From Rhynchobatus australiae (taxonomy: Eukaryota), in NCBI GenBank assembly GCA_034780895.1, contig JAUZTB010000080.1, positions 7,655,347 to 7,719,346 of the forward strand: a stretch of DNA of 64,000 nt. The letters are read 5' to 3'. Each line of letters begins with the position of its first letter. Position 1 is the stretch's first letter. A program made the position numbers and the translations under genes. Shown piece by piece: positions 1 through 12,485 of the stretch. Under the pieces are notes generated by a model that saw only the letters and a program-made list of their open reading frames with translations, ran no database searches and was not told the origin of the DNA.

Positions 1-108
1 TTTGCACTATTTATTAATTTGTAACTTTTAGTAATTTCCATTGCACTGTACTGCTGCCGCAAAACAACAAATTTCACAACATGTCAGTGATTATAAACCT
101 GATTCTGA
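1..108 (+). mobile_element. 3' end of Rex1/Babar-like LINE
   Basis: TTTGCACTA...TTGCACTGTACTGCTGCCGCAAAACAACAAATTTCAC...CCTGATTCTGA closely matches the 3' UTR and tail that follow the Rex1-like ORF end at 12650-12758. Confidence 0.7.
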
Positions 109-1884
109 ATTGTAAGCAGTTAGTGTGCTAATTGTTGCTTCTAGAATGTCCTGGCAAAAACAACTTGACTCTGGATATTAGATACAGAAGCTACAAAGAA
201 ACTTAGCTATCTTACTTTTTAGAGAACCACACTCCCAATTTGTCACAGTCTATTTACCCAACCTATTCTGGTACCGGTAGCATATAATCTATCTGATAAG
301 TATACAAAGGATCTCTTTCACAATTTACTATGCATTTTTATGGAATCTCAAACAACCCACATCAGAGAACACCGGCTATCAAAAAGAGGTTACATACATG
401 CACAAAATTGTTTTGTTTGACTGAAGCTGATTTGCCCCTACCAAAAAGCTTGCTTGGGCAACAGTCCCTACTTCATGAATCACCAAGCATTAAAACACAA
501 ACTGAAAAGCTTGATAAGCTTTCCACTTGCTTTTAACTCAACACACACTAGAAAGGGAGCATGTTTTGAAGCTACATTAGAAAATTGGCCTCCAACTATT
601 AAAATTATATTTTCTCTCAACGTAAAAGTTTATAATTTATTAATGCAAAGTGCTATATCCTAATTATATATTTTAAACATACACCAAAGAGATAGGAAAT
701 GGCAATGACACAGAAGTTTCTGTCAGAGGCTCCTTGTGTGACATCTCTGAGATTCCTGGCTCTCCTTTCTCCTATACTGCTCCGGTGGCAGCCTTAGTGA
801 ATCTGGGAAATTTATTTTGCAGTGGCCACTAGCCATCTGTGATCTGAAAAATGGAGTTCAAACCCAAAATAAAAAGCAAGTAAATTTAGCCAAATGATGT
901 CACTACAGATTTTAAATCGATATTTTTTACAACTGTTGATGTCATTTGTATGCTGGACCCAATTTCAAAATTACAGATCATTTCAGCCACATTGCAGCAA
1001 GCAAGGTTACAGAAGAGGTATGTTAAATTGAATAATTTCCAAAAGAGATCTATTTCCATTGGGAGAGTAGTGACTCTCCATTTTAACCCCACCTTAACTT
1101 AGGATCAAACAATTAGATGCATCAAATAAATGTCTTTAGATTTCTCCCCTCAATTCCCTCACCTCACTTAACAGTTTCAAATTGCTAATCCGTCCAATTG
1201 CTCAATATCCAGCCTAGCTTCAGTCCATGAAAAGGCCTGATTAGTTTCTTAATTCATGCCATAGCTACCCTGGATGAAATATTTTCTTATATTTCTACAT
1301 GACACTTTGTACTCTTGGAATGTCTCAACATCTTACTTCCCCCTCTGGTTTCTGACAAGAAAAATCAAATTGGTTGGATGGAATTTATCAGTTTATTTTC
1401 TTTTACAGCTATACATAGCTGTGTATAACTTGCTAATACACTACAAAAACGCAATGGTTTTAAAAAAAGGAATTTTGAATAACTGCACAAAATAATGCAA
1501 AACATGCTGAGCTGCTCTCGTGTTCAGCAGAGCCGTTTTTGGAATTGCATTCCCATTCAACACATGTAGTCTCAATGTTATTATACTAAAAATGGATACA
1601 TTATTATTTGGCTGAGAGCGCACAGGGATAGGAAGGTGAATATTTGATTTCAACAACCAAATGATCCCAGAACTTAGACTGCATCACTTCACTAAGCTGC
1701 ACTTCAGGATGAAAAAAAATTGGATTCACGATAGGGCTCAACTGTGAAAAGGAAACTGGAATTTAGCCAATGCTCTGCTAACTGTAGCCAAATTGTTTTT
1801 TTTTTAGAAACCAGGTCATTTCCCCTTTATAAGTGTTCGGCAAAAGCTGTGGTCATTACTGTCTTTTAAGTTCAATCCCCATTA

Positions 1885-1902
1885 TGACAGCAGAGGGCAC
1901 TC
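1885..1902 (+). promoter_or_regulatory. candidate CTCF-binding motif
   Basis: TGACAGCAGAGGGCACTC resembles the CTCF core CCASYAGRKGGCRS and lies in repeat-poor unique DNA; motif match only. Confidence 0.4.
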
Positions 1903-3712
1903 TTGCTCACAATTTATACAGAAGTTATTCAGCGAAGAGGATGTGATCAAGAGTGCACAGCTAATTAGTTTTTCAAAATAACACTGGCAATATTTTAGGT
2001 AGGCAATGATCATGTTTCAATGCAGATATTTGACTTGTTTAAATACGATAAACAATCTTGTCTCCTCGCAAGAACAGCTGGCACACATAGATATTTTTAA
2101 AATGCAATGTTACTTTTACCTTTGAACAGTTTACTTCAAAGAAGCTCATTCCCGCATATATGTCATGCTGTTACTTCTGCTGAGAACTCCTCCAATCAGC
2201 ACGTTTAAAACTTCCCCAAAAGTGCACTTTCATCCATTGCTGTCGAAAGCCATATATTATAAAATGGGCTTGTGCATTCTATTTGGCAAACCACAAGCAG
2301 CAAATCTTTCTTGGTGATACATGGCACAGGGTTGCAGAACGTGCAATGGCTCTTTCAAGATGACTGCTACAGTATTGGTGACTGCTATCCATTATTTCAA
2401 AACTTTTAAAAGGCATCAACATTTGTACTAATGTTGTATTGTTACGTTGATAATATGGCCACACTCATTTGTATTCATTTAGTACTCGTTCAAACAGGAT
2501 GAGCTCCATTTTGTTCTTGCAGGGATCCAGTGACTTGCCACAAGTCATTTCCATCACATGAAAATGTTCTTATCATCTAGATCTTGTTAGAGTGAAAACA
2601 AACATACCTATGCCTGGAACCAATTGCCACATGTAATCCGTCATCCTGACCTTGTGACTTAAAGGAGAGGAAATGCAAACACATAAGTAATCATCCAACT
2701 GCCCTCGAGCACAGGCGTGGCCTGTCCACTGTAGACAAGATCTACCTTCTGGGTTGTTTACAGTAATTATGCTACATTCAACAGTCATACATGCAATTTC
2801 TCTTGTCACCCAAGAGCAAAATATCAGGAATACCTGAAACTAAATCTGCACTTTCATGCGAATTCACTGAAGTGAATTTTAAATGGGGGAGGGGTGGGAA
2901 GAGAATTACTTGGATCTCAGCTCAGATTGAATTCAACTTATTTGAGCAAATTTACATAATATTTTATTTCGTCAGTTTTAGATTACAAAAAAAAATTCAT
3001 CAGCAGCGAGTAGGGATTCTTCATTCAGGGGGTTATACATTAANNNNNNNNNNNNNNNNNNNNNNNNNNNNNNNNNNNNNNNNNNNNNNNNNNNNNNNNN
3101 NNNNNNNNNNNNNNNNNNNNNNNNNNNNNNNNNNNNNNNNNNNNNNNNNNNNNNNNNNNNNNNNNNNNNNNNNNNNNNNNNNNNNNNNNNNNNNNNNNNN
3201 NNNNNNNNNNNNNNNNNNNNNNNNNNNNNNNNNNNNNNNNNNATTGTTAGGCAATATCTTGTCCTCCCAGTTTACAATCCCATTCCACCTATTCAATGTT
3301 AATGAAAAATGCTACCAAAATTTGATGTCAATCCAATCTGATTTATCCATCCCATAATGCATCATGTATATTATAATTTTAGATATACAGCTGCAGTGAA
3401 AGTAGTTCAATGGATAAACAACTGCTGTCCCAATTCTTTTTTTGTATTAAATAACGAACTGTTAATTATGCATCTTGTCCAGTGTAACCAAACAGCTTTA
3501 TATCCAAGCTTGGAAAATGTAATGTCAAAATTTCTGATTGTGTACATAATGGTTCAATAAATTTACAAAAAAAAGTGCCATAAGATGAATTTTAAAAATA
3601 TTTTAATTTCACAGAAAACAAATGTAAAAATGCTGGACATACCAATGAGGCAGCCCCCTGCAGCCATTTTGTAACCCAGTCAGTCTCAGCAACGGCAGAA
3701 AAAAGACCTCAC

Positions 3713-3731
3713 CTTCCTTGAAGTCAGAACA
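3713..3731 (-). other. candidate 19-nt micro-exon, or 3' end of a GC-rich first exon
   Basis: minus strand: pyrimidine tract ...cttccccctcccAG | TGTTCTGACTTCAAGGAAG | GTGAGG; upstream sequence is lost in a gap. Confidence 0.35.
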
Positions 3732-6700
3732 CTGGGAGGGGGAAGCGGGGGAGGNNNNNNNNNNNNNNNNNNNNNNNNNNNNNNNNNNNNNNNNNNNNNN
3801 NNNNNNNNNNNNNNNNNNNNNNNNNNNNNNNNNNNNNNNNNNNNNNNNNNNNNNNNNNNNNNNNNNNNNNNNNNNNNNNNNNNNNNNNNNNNNNNNNNNN
3901 NNNNNNNNNNNNNNNNNNNNNNNNNNNNNNNNNNNNNNNNNNNNNNNNNNNNNNNNNNNNNNNNNNNNNNNNNNNNNNNNNNNNNNNNNNNNTTATCAGA
4001 AGACAATGGCTTCAGCAAGTTATGTAAATTGATTTCTTTCAAAATATACAATCATGAAGATCATCCAAAAAAACCCTCCCTGTCCTGATATGGTTTACAG
4101 GAACACACTTTTAACAGTTGCAGCAGGAAAAGCTTGATTAAATCAATTAACTTTGTTAGAAAAAAAACTGCATGTCTTTGCATGGGGACGTCGTACTGCA
4201 TGCAACAGCTCTCACACCACATCAAAATCTTCCCACAAAAAACAGCTTTTTAAGTCTTTAAATATGATGCAAGGCAGACCATATCTGCAGATACTGCAGC
4301 TAATATCACATCAGGTCAATACAGTAACACAGCTGAATGAATGCAGGATGCAATTTAAAACACAACTTCCTCAAATACACAGCATCTCCCATGGCCTTTA
4401 CTCACTGCCACCCACAAATACATAGATATTAAACTTCTATATGTGCATGGGAGTGGAAAGAAGGAAAAAAAGAAATCATGGTTATGGAATTTTCAGTAAA
4501 CTAAGTTCTGGTAATTCCACATCCAACCATCACTCAGGAGGCTCTCCTTCAAATCACAGGTGGTCAAGAATCAGAACAGTTCTTACAAAGTCAGTCACCC
4601 TTTGAGTGCCTCAAGGTCACTCAATATTCAAGCTGTCAAAATGTGATAAATATTCTTCCACACACCCAGAGTTAAATGTATTAGTCATTCGCCACATCAA
4701 ACTTTTTTAGTAAATTTTACTAAATTAATTTGTCACAGTAAATGACAATGTGTTTACTGTTATAAGTCTGACTGTTCTACATTTTTGCCTCAGAGGAAAG
4801 GCAAGTTTTGAAATCTTCATCCAACTATGGAACCAATGTAATTAACCTGATGTGCAAAAGTACTAAAATATTAAACAGCGAAAAAAAATCACAGATCTGA
4901 TTCTATCATTGCTATTTTCTTTTGATTTTCTGAAATGTACTGAAATTAATACTAAAGACTAGTCATGAAAAGATGATAAATAGTGATAAATATTTATGCA
5001 CCTATTTACTTTAATGTCTAAAGCTGTCAAAGCCCATTTATTCTAGACATGTCTCCATTAGTTCTTTATAATCCTCTTTTATAACCATTCAGCTGGTGAC
5101 ACCAGACACAAGATTAATCAATCAGTCTAAATTTGAACCTATTCACAGGTACACCGTGAGAAGCTGCAGAGTGCAATCAGCAATTGAAATTTAAGGTTGG
5201 TGGGTTCTCAAATACACACTTCAATAAAGACTACCCGTTTCAGTGGACATGGAGGCAATAAGCCAAAAAGGTCATTGCAGTGGATTTGTTTACTATAATT
5301 TAGAAAGTGTCAGTAGTAAAAGGCTTCAAAATAGGATTCAACCTGATACCAGTCTCCATCACCAGATGCTACAAATCAGTAATTGAAATCTGTTGAATGA
5401 TTTTCTTCATCGTGTAATGAGATGGAGGACTGGAATGGTAATCTAAATGTTCCTTTTGGGCAATAATGAACTAAAACACGAATCCCAACCACCAACACAA
5501 AGATAAATTAAAAGCAGTACAACACCACCGGCTCCATACTAGTGAAAGGAATGTGTTTGCAATAAAACCTAATTTAAAAATAATATTTGACCAGATAAAA
5601 TAAAGTACAAAGAACAGAGAACCAACTTACCCTTTAGATTTTTATCCCATTATCTCCAATAGGATAACCTGAACGATTTTACACTTTCTTACATAAATGA
5701 ACACCATCACAGCCACTGGTTGCCTATCCATGCACCATAATTAGATTCCCCAAAGACTTAATTATTTCCTCAAACAGCAAGTCATTATGACTGGCAACAC
5801 ATAAATACATATTCTGTGGAAATATGCCATGTCAGTGTTGGAAAGATGAAAATAATATGGTAATTTGATAGTAGCTTAAAATTATAAAAGGGATAGGATA
5901 ACTATTCAAAGTGGTTGAGGCATTCTATACATTCATATTAAATACATTAGGGTTCCGAGACTCCAGCTACAATTGAAGCAGCGATCACATCAGTGATAGA
6001 GATCCAGTTAAGGAAAAGGAAAAAAGATACACAGAATATTAGGGGAAAATATCGTGCCTTTCTGCATTATAATTTTGATGTTATACACTATGCAATTGTT
6101 TGTAGCAGAGAAAGTGAACCTGCAGAGTAATTTGAGCCAATTATAAATCATGAAAATTGCATAGTTGCCTATCTGATGCTAAGTTTAAGTTACTTTCCAT
6201 CAATGCCATTAACACTGCACTCCCCTCATTCTGGAACATAAAAACTTCACCCAATGGTGAGAACATCTGATGATTCCAGAAGATTCGGGTGTAATGAGGA
6301 GAATGTGCTTTGGATTAGAGGCCTATCCTTTGACAATTTGAACCAGAACTTGAGACAAGTCAGGCTGACTTAAAGAATCTTTCTGATGCCCCTGTATTCC
6401 CAAAGTTTCCATAATGAAGGTTTCAATAAGTAGATGACAGGTGGTTCCAGTAGAAAAACCTCTATATAGCATAAGCACATTTACAGAGGAATACTGTAAC
6501 GACTTTAAACTGAACATTACAACTCATTCATTCATTGTCCAAGAACAAATGGTTGATAGCAAGGAGGAAAGCTCCCAACTCTTAAAATTAAAAGCAGCTG
6601 CAGGAATAGAACACCCAGTAGGATATCATTCAATATCCATACAAAACTAATAGAAAAAAATGAGATATGAAACTCGCCTCCTTCGACTTGCCTCCCAGGT

Positions 6701-6984
6701 AAAAATTTTTACTTAAAAGATACCAATGCTCAGCAGATGACATGACATCGCCTGGTACTTTGCAGAGGCCAGAATTGCTAGCCCCAGCATTAACACTTCT
6801 CCCTTAATCCCATTATACAAGAGAGCAGAGACTACAGGGTGATGAGCAAACTGCCTATGGCATAGGATGCCACCTGATTTGGACGATTGAGAAAGAATGC
6901 AGTAGAGTTTTCAGACAGCATAAAGAGGGATAAATGGTGTTCTCTGCTTCCAGGACATCACCTCAAGACTTTTGCAGAGAAAAA

Positions 6985-8175
6985 ATAAAAGATATTTTAG
7001 ATTTCGCATTTTTCAAAGACTATGAGTTAATGAATACTCTCATAGTGAAAAAGCCTTTAAGTGAACGTAATCTGATAAAATTTCATATAAAAGACCAAAA
7101 GTGATTTAGTTCAATCTGAAACCTGGGTCTTAAATCTATATTAAAAAACACTACAAAAATATGAGGTGTATAATGGTGAATTGGGAAACTACACTGAAAT
7201 TGTGACAGTTGTAAGCAATGGCTAACATTTAACAGAATAATATTCTTTACAAATACATATCAAGGCACAAAAACCCAACAGAAAAAAGTGGTCCAAATAT
7301 AGCTAACAAGTTAAAGAAAGCATGTTCAAAGGAAAAGGATTCCAATGTTGCCTGAGATAAATAGGATCAAGACTGATAAGAAGAGCAAATAGAATATATC
7401 ATCATTCTACTGAGAAAGATAAAATAAGTCTGCAAAGGCCTCCACAGATGTGTAAAGAAAAAGCTAAGCTGAAGTTATTTGTCACTTATGGACCAAGGTG
7501 GGAGAAGCTATGTACTAAAAACAGAAAACACCAGATATACTCAGCAGGTCAGGCAGCATCTGTGGTAAGAGTTAATGCTTCAAGTTGATGATCTTTCATC
7601 AGGAGAAATTATTTCAGGAAACTGAGAAGCACCAGAGAAACTACACTAACATTTTGTGCCATGCGTCATGGAAGATGACAGCAAAAAAAGTTCTGAGAAA
7701 TAGCAGAACAACAGATCTAGAATGAATGAGAAGCTTAAAGAAATTACTATATTTTTAAAAAATGAAATTAGTGGGACAGAAAGCTGATAAATCCCCAGGA
7801 TCTTAAGACCTACAATGCAAGATTTTGATAGAGGCGGCTTTAGCAATAGTGGGTGTATTGATTGCCATCTTTCAAACTTTCACGGATTCCATAATGATTC
7901 CTAGTTTGGAAGATAACAAATAAAACCCCATCATTTAAAAGTGGAGGAAATGACAAAACAGAACTACAGATCAGATCATTTTACATCAGCAATAGGGAAA
8001 ACTGCAGGAATCCATTGTGAGTGAGCAGTATTGACATGAATTTATGAAAGGGAAAACATGCTAGAGACATCTGTTAGATTTTTTTCAGGTTGTAACTTGT
8101 AGGATAGATAAAGGTGAACTAAAGGACGTGAATGTTTATGGACTTCCAATAGCCCTCAAAGATGAGCCACAATTC
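6985..8175 (+). mobile_element. decayed CR1 LINE ORF2 (end of endonuclease, linker, start of RT)
   Basis: frameshifted remnants of CR1 motifs DKSPG, P.FK.G, NYR..LTS..GK, FMKGK.C and VT.RIDKG..DV...DFQ.A at 7785-8170. Confidence 0.8.
7518..7604 (-). mobile_element. PLE terminal fragment with decayed hammerhead core, nested in CR1
   Basis: contains ATACTCAGCAGGTCAGGCAGCATCTGTGG; minus strand reads CTGATGA-AAGATCATCAACTT-GAAGC-ATT-AACT. Confidence 0.7.
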
Positions 8176-8197
8176 TGCATACACAATTTGTGTCCTG

Positions 8198-8300
8198 TAC
8201 TAAGAACATAAGAGGAACAGAAGTAAGCCACTTGGCCCCTCAAGCCTGCCTCCTATGTGATCATGGCTCTCTACCCCAGGCCTCATCTCCTCCTGCGGAA
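8198..8300 (-). mobile_element. CR1 3' tail fragment
   Basis: AAGAACATAAGA...CAGAAGTAAGCCACTTGGCCCCTCAAGCCTGC is the reverse complement of the typical shark CR1 3' end. Confidence 0.6.
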
Positions 8301-9154
8301 CTGTGCAGTTTCACCTCATTTGCAGAATTCACTCATAAAACATTGAACCTTCTCATGGAAAACACACACAGAAAAATGTGATCTGCAAAAACATTTCTGC
8401 CCCGTTAACTGCCCACTCATTAATTTCAGTTGTGTCAGAGCTGCAGAAATACAAATACGCTTTTCAGTGGCAAACTAAATAGATGAATTTATTTGGATTT
8501 CCAGCATCCAGGATTCTAAATATTTCTTCCGGCTGATACATTGAACTCTATGAATTTTATAATTCTAACCCATTTTAATTTAATCTTTGCCAAATGAATC
8601 ACCGAGCACTCAGATCCTCTCCCACAGTTATATCTCTGCCAATGACCCTTGGCTTGTAGAAGATTGAAGTCTTTACAGATTTTCAGCAAGAACTGTATAG
8701 TTAAGAAAAGAATTCTCCTGAGAGTTAGATTTGGCCCTGAGCCATTATCACTGGGTTATTTCAAGATGTTTCAACTCTAACAAAGTTCTCATTATTTAAC
8801 CATGGTCAGTTTTAGAACGATGGCAAAAAGCACCAGTAATTACCTTTGGGCTAATGATCCAGTACCCTAGGGACTTCTGGATATTCTCCATTTGCTGTTA
8901 AAATATGTATATCATTAAAGCTCCAAAGAGCTGAGAAAGAAAGGGTTTTTTTACGATGAGGTTAGTGAGATGGGTTAGTTTCTTATCTGTATCAGTGCCC
9001 TAAATTTAGAAAATTGATACAAGTTGCTCTTATGTGAAGTTTAATTTGAAGAGAGATGGAATGTCACTCAAGTCTAATGAAATAACAAATGAGCCACAAA
9101 AAGATGCCAGTGAACAAAACTTCAATGGGTGTGATCCAATCCAGAAATAATTAG

Positions 9155-9395
9155 GATGCTGCAAATGCTGGAAATCTGAAATCAAAAGAGAGAATTTTTG
9201 AAATACTCAGGAGGTCAGGCAGGATCAGTGTAGAGAGAAACAGAGTTAATGTTTCCGATTGATGACCTGATGTTCCAATTTTTAAAAAAAGGTCATTGAC
9301 CTGAAACATTGATTCTGTTTCTCTCTCCACGCTCTCCATTCACTCAGATGCTGCCTGATCTGCTGAGTACTTCAAGCATTCTCTGATTGTATTCT
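9155..9395. mobile_element. fold-back element made of two inverted PLE termini
   Basis: left arm ATACTCAGGAGGTCAGGCAGGATC...GAGAGAAACAGAGTTAATGTTTC is the inverted complement of right arm GAAACATTGATTCTGTTTCTCTCTCC...GATGCTGCCTGATCTGCTGAGTAC. Confidence 0.75.
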
Positions 9396-9599
9396 GGAAG
9401 TAAGATGATTCACTTTGCAATAAAGAACATGTTCTAATGGTGCAAACACCAAGAACCACTGCGGAGTCGCATTCCTATAATGATCTGAGAGCCTCCCTCT
9501 GAAGCCTATTGTTGGCTGGTACAGGAGAATATTCATGGGAACCACTTCTGTTATGAGAAGACCACCTTCCACAGCAGCACCTCTGAAAGGTTTTCCTTT

Positions 9600-10240
9600 T
9601 TATTCAGCTGGGAATTCCCTTCATCGAGGTTGACAGCGCACTGTGACTTATCTTCATCCTTTTCACTGTAATTCTGCACCAGTCCCTTCACCATCTTCCA
9701 CAAAAAAGAGCCACAAAATATTCAGCTCTGTAGATATGGTCTCAGCGAGAGATCCAGCATAGATTGGAATCATTGCTTCACAAAATACTTCTGATCCCAA
9801 GCTTCAAGTCACCGGTCATTTCCATTCTCTGCCCAACTCTCCTTCTAACCTGCCTGTCCTTGGACTCCAGCACCTCATGCTTTGATGTGGCATTTCTGGA
9901 CCCAGTTTCTGATATTGGTATTGTTACTCACATTTTCACCTCCTATGGATGCAACTTTTATTTATTTATTTGTCCCATTACCACCATCTTTTGTCTTGAA
10001 CGCTCCCTTTGTCCTTTAATCTCACTACATTCCACCCAGTCACAGACTTTCCTCTTTGTCCTTCCTTCCCCTCTCTCATTCTCCAGGTGCCTAAAACCTG
10101 TTACATCTCTAGCGTTTTCCAGTTCTCATCAACGATTATCCCCCTGAAGTGTCTTTGTTTCTCTCTGCACAAGGAACGCCAAACCTGCTGCATGTTACCA
10201 ACACTCTTTTGATTTCAGATTTCCTGTATCTGCAGTACTT
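9600..10240 (+). mobile_element. decayed Penelope-like element 3' part (GIY-YIG remnant plus terminal repeat)
   Basis: 9730-9880 resembles the GIY-YIG C-terminal region seen more clearly at 53968; it is followed by a pyrimidine-rich UTR and the PLE end GATTTCAGATTTCCTGTATCTGCAG. Confidence 0.6.
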
Positions 10241-10329
10241 TGCTTCTTTGTTGTAGGAGCTGCAGTTCTACATCAAGGACTTCTGTAAGACTTGGAGATA
10301 AACAATTGGACATTTGTTTGCAAAGCCTA

Positions 10330-10555
10330 AACCATTATCAGTTGACATCTGGAATGCACTGCCAGAGGAGGTGGTGGAATCAAATGCAATCACTAAGTTT
10401 AAGAGGCATTCAGGCAAACACTTAAATAGGTAAGGTATAGAAAGATATGGTCCTAATGCAGACAAATGAGAACAATGTAGATGTGCAAAAAGGTCAGCAT
10501 GGATGTGGTGGGCCAAAGGGCCTGTTTCAGTGTTGTACCAGTCATGACTATGACA
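10330..10555 (+). mobile_element. CR1 3' end
   Basis: TGGAATGCACTGCCAGAGGAGGTGGTGGA (WNALPEEVV), then GGGCCAAAGGGCCTGTTTC and a TGACTATGAC tail. Confidence 0.85.
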
Positions 10556-10639
10556 CTTGTCCTGTCACCTCTTCCCTCCCCACCCTCCAGAAGCTCTGTG
10601 CTTGTGCTTATGAGTTTCACCTTTCAGGAGACTAAAAGA

Positions 10640-11106
10640 GGCATATTTGCACGTTATTAGTTGTTGATTGACTCATTGGCTCGTTAACAACAGTCAATAA
10701 ACAGAAGTAAGGGTCAAGCAGAGTGGCCATTTTAGAGTGGCCGTTGCTGGATTGTGCCAGCATTAGAATGGGGAGCTGAGGCTTTGGCTCAAGAGACCTC
10801 GGCGAGAAGAGGCGGAGGCTAAAGAGTTGGTGACGTGAAGCGAGAGTGGGAGATTTGAAAAGAAGTGAGTCTCCTTGCTTGCTTGTGAGTTTCACTTGTG
10901 GGAATTTAAGAGGTGAGTCAGCTAATTGTTAGTAAATAAGTGATTAGTTATTTAGCTAATTACTAGCAGCTAATAAAAAGTTAGGGTCAAGCAGAGCGGC
11001 TATTTCGGAGCAGCCATTTTGAGAGTGAGTACCAACCTGTGAATACTCGGCTTCAGGGAGGTGAGTGAGCAACACAAAGGTAAGGTGAGGGTGGGTTCTT
11101 ATTCAT
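10640..11106 (+). mobile_element. probable CR1-type 5' UTR or internal promoter region
   Basis: CpG-retaining, purine-rich segment with a duplicated GGGTCAAGCAGAG unit (about 10711 and 10984), GCCATTTT motifs and several AGGTGAGT donor-like sites; runs into a gap. Confidence 0.45.
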
Positions 11107-11206
11107 NNNNNNNNNNNNNNNNNNNNNNNNNNNNNNNNNNNNNNNNNNNNNNNNNNNNNNNNNNNNNNNNNNNNNNNNNNNNNNNNNNNNNNNNNNNNNN
11201 NNNNNN

Positions 11207-11525
11207 GGGTGTCTAGAACCAGGTGTTAGTGTCTCATAATAAGGAGTCAACCAGTCAGGACAGAGATGAGAAGAAACGTCGTCACTCAGTGGAACGTGAT
11301 TCTTCAGAATTAACTACCCAATGGGATTGTAAGCAGCTCAGTGGCAGATTGTATTAAAGGCAGAAATTGATGACTTTTTTTTAAAAAAGATACAAAAGGG
11401 AATCAAGGGATATGGATTTGGTACATTAAAATGGTGCTAAGGTAAAAGATCAACCGTGATCTTATTGAGTGGGTGAATAGGCACAAAGGGCCAAATGACA
11501 TATTACTGTTTTTATTTCTTGCGTT
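11207..11525 (+). mobile_element. CR1 3' end (older subfamily)
   Basis: TCTAGAACCAGG...GAGATGAGAAGAAAC...GGAATCAAGGGATATGG...AAGGGCCAAATGAC. Confidence 0.8.
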
Positions 11526-11691
11526 CTTTGGAAGGTCCATGATATACAATATTAGCTAGTGTCTTTTTTTTCCTCCAAGGATGTTTTCCTATATTTAAAA
11601 TATTTATAACAAGCTCAGGAAGTGTTTCAAACAACTTGCGCATTGGGAGAGAAATTGATCTTAAATTAGCATCAGTCACTGGACAGGATGA

Positions 11692-11795
11692 AACATCAAC
11701 TGTTCATTTCCCTGCATAGATGCTGCCTGACCTGCTGAGTTCTTCCAGCAGTTTGTTTTTTGTTACTCCAGATTCCAGTATCTGCAGTCTCTCTC
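11692..11795 (+). mobile_element. PLE terminal fragment
   Basis: GAAACATCAACTG...AGATGCTGCCTGACCTGCTGAGTTCTTCCAGC...CAGATTCCAGTATCTGCAGTC, the same family as 54450-54510. Confidence 0.7.
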
Positions 11796-12485
11796 TCCCC
11801 TTTCTAAAGCTATAAAAGTCTGTGTGTCAGGTTTCTTCAGCTGTCAATACTGTTTCCACAAAACCAGATGTAGTTTATTCTCAAACTAATGACAATAATA
11901 CAACCAATCTATATGGGCAAACCAAATCTGGAAGCCCATTCAATATTAAAAAATATTCAAGTCACAACATCAACATTTTNNNNNNNNNNNNNNNNNNNNN
12001 NNNNNNNNNNNNNNNNNNNNNNNNNNNNNNNNNNNNNNNNNNNNNNNNNNNNNNNNNNNNNNNNNNNNNNNNNNNNNNNNNNNNNNNNNNNNNNNNNNNN
12101 NNNNNNNNNNNNNNNNNNNNNNNNNNNNNNNNNNNNNNNNNNNNNNNNNNNNNNNNNNNNNNNNNNNNNNNNNNNNNNNNNNNNNNNNNNNNNNNNNNNN
12201 NNNNNNNNNNNNNNNNNNNNNNNNNNNNNNNNNNNNNNNNNNNNNNNNNNNNNNNNNNNNNNNNNNNNNNNNNNNNNNNNNNNNNNNNNNNNNNNNNNNN
12301 NNNNNNNNNNNNNNNNNNNNNNNNNNNNNNNNNNNNNNNNNNNNNNNNNNNNNNNNNNNNNNNNNNNNNNNNNNNNNNNNNNNNNNNNNNNNNNNNNNNN
12401 NNNNNNNNNNNNNNNNNNNNNNNNNNNNNNNNNNNNNNNNNNNNNNNNNNNNNNNNNNNNNNNNNNNNNNNNNNNNNNNNNNNNN

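Noticed and set aside
5620-5680. Strong minus-strand donor AGG|GTAAGT
   Set aside because: No convincing acceptor or pyrimidine tract upstream
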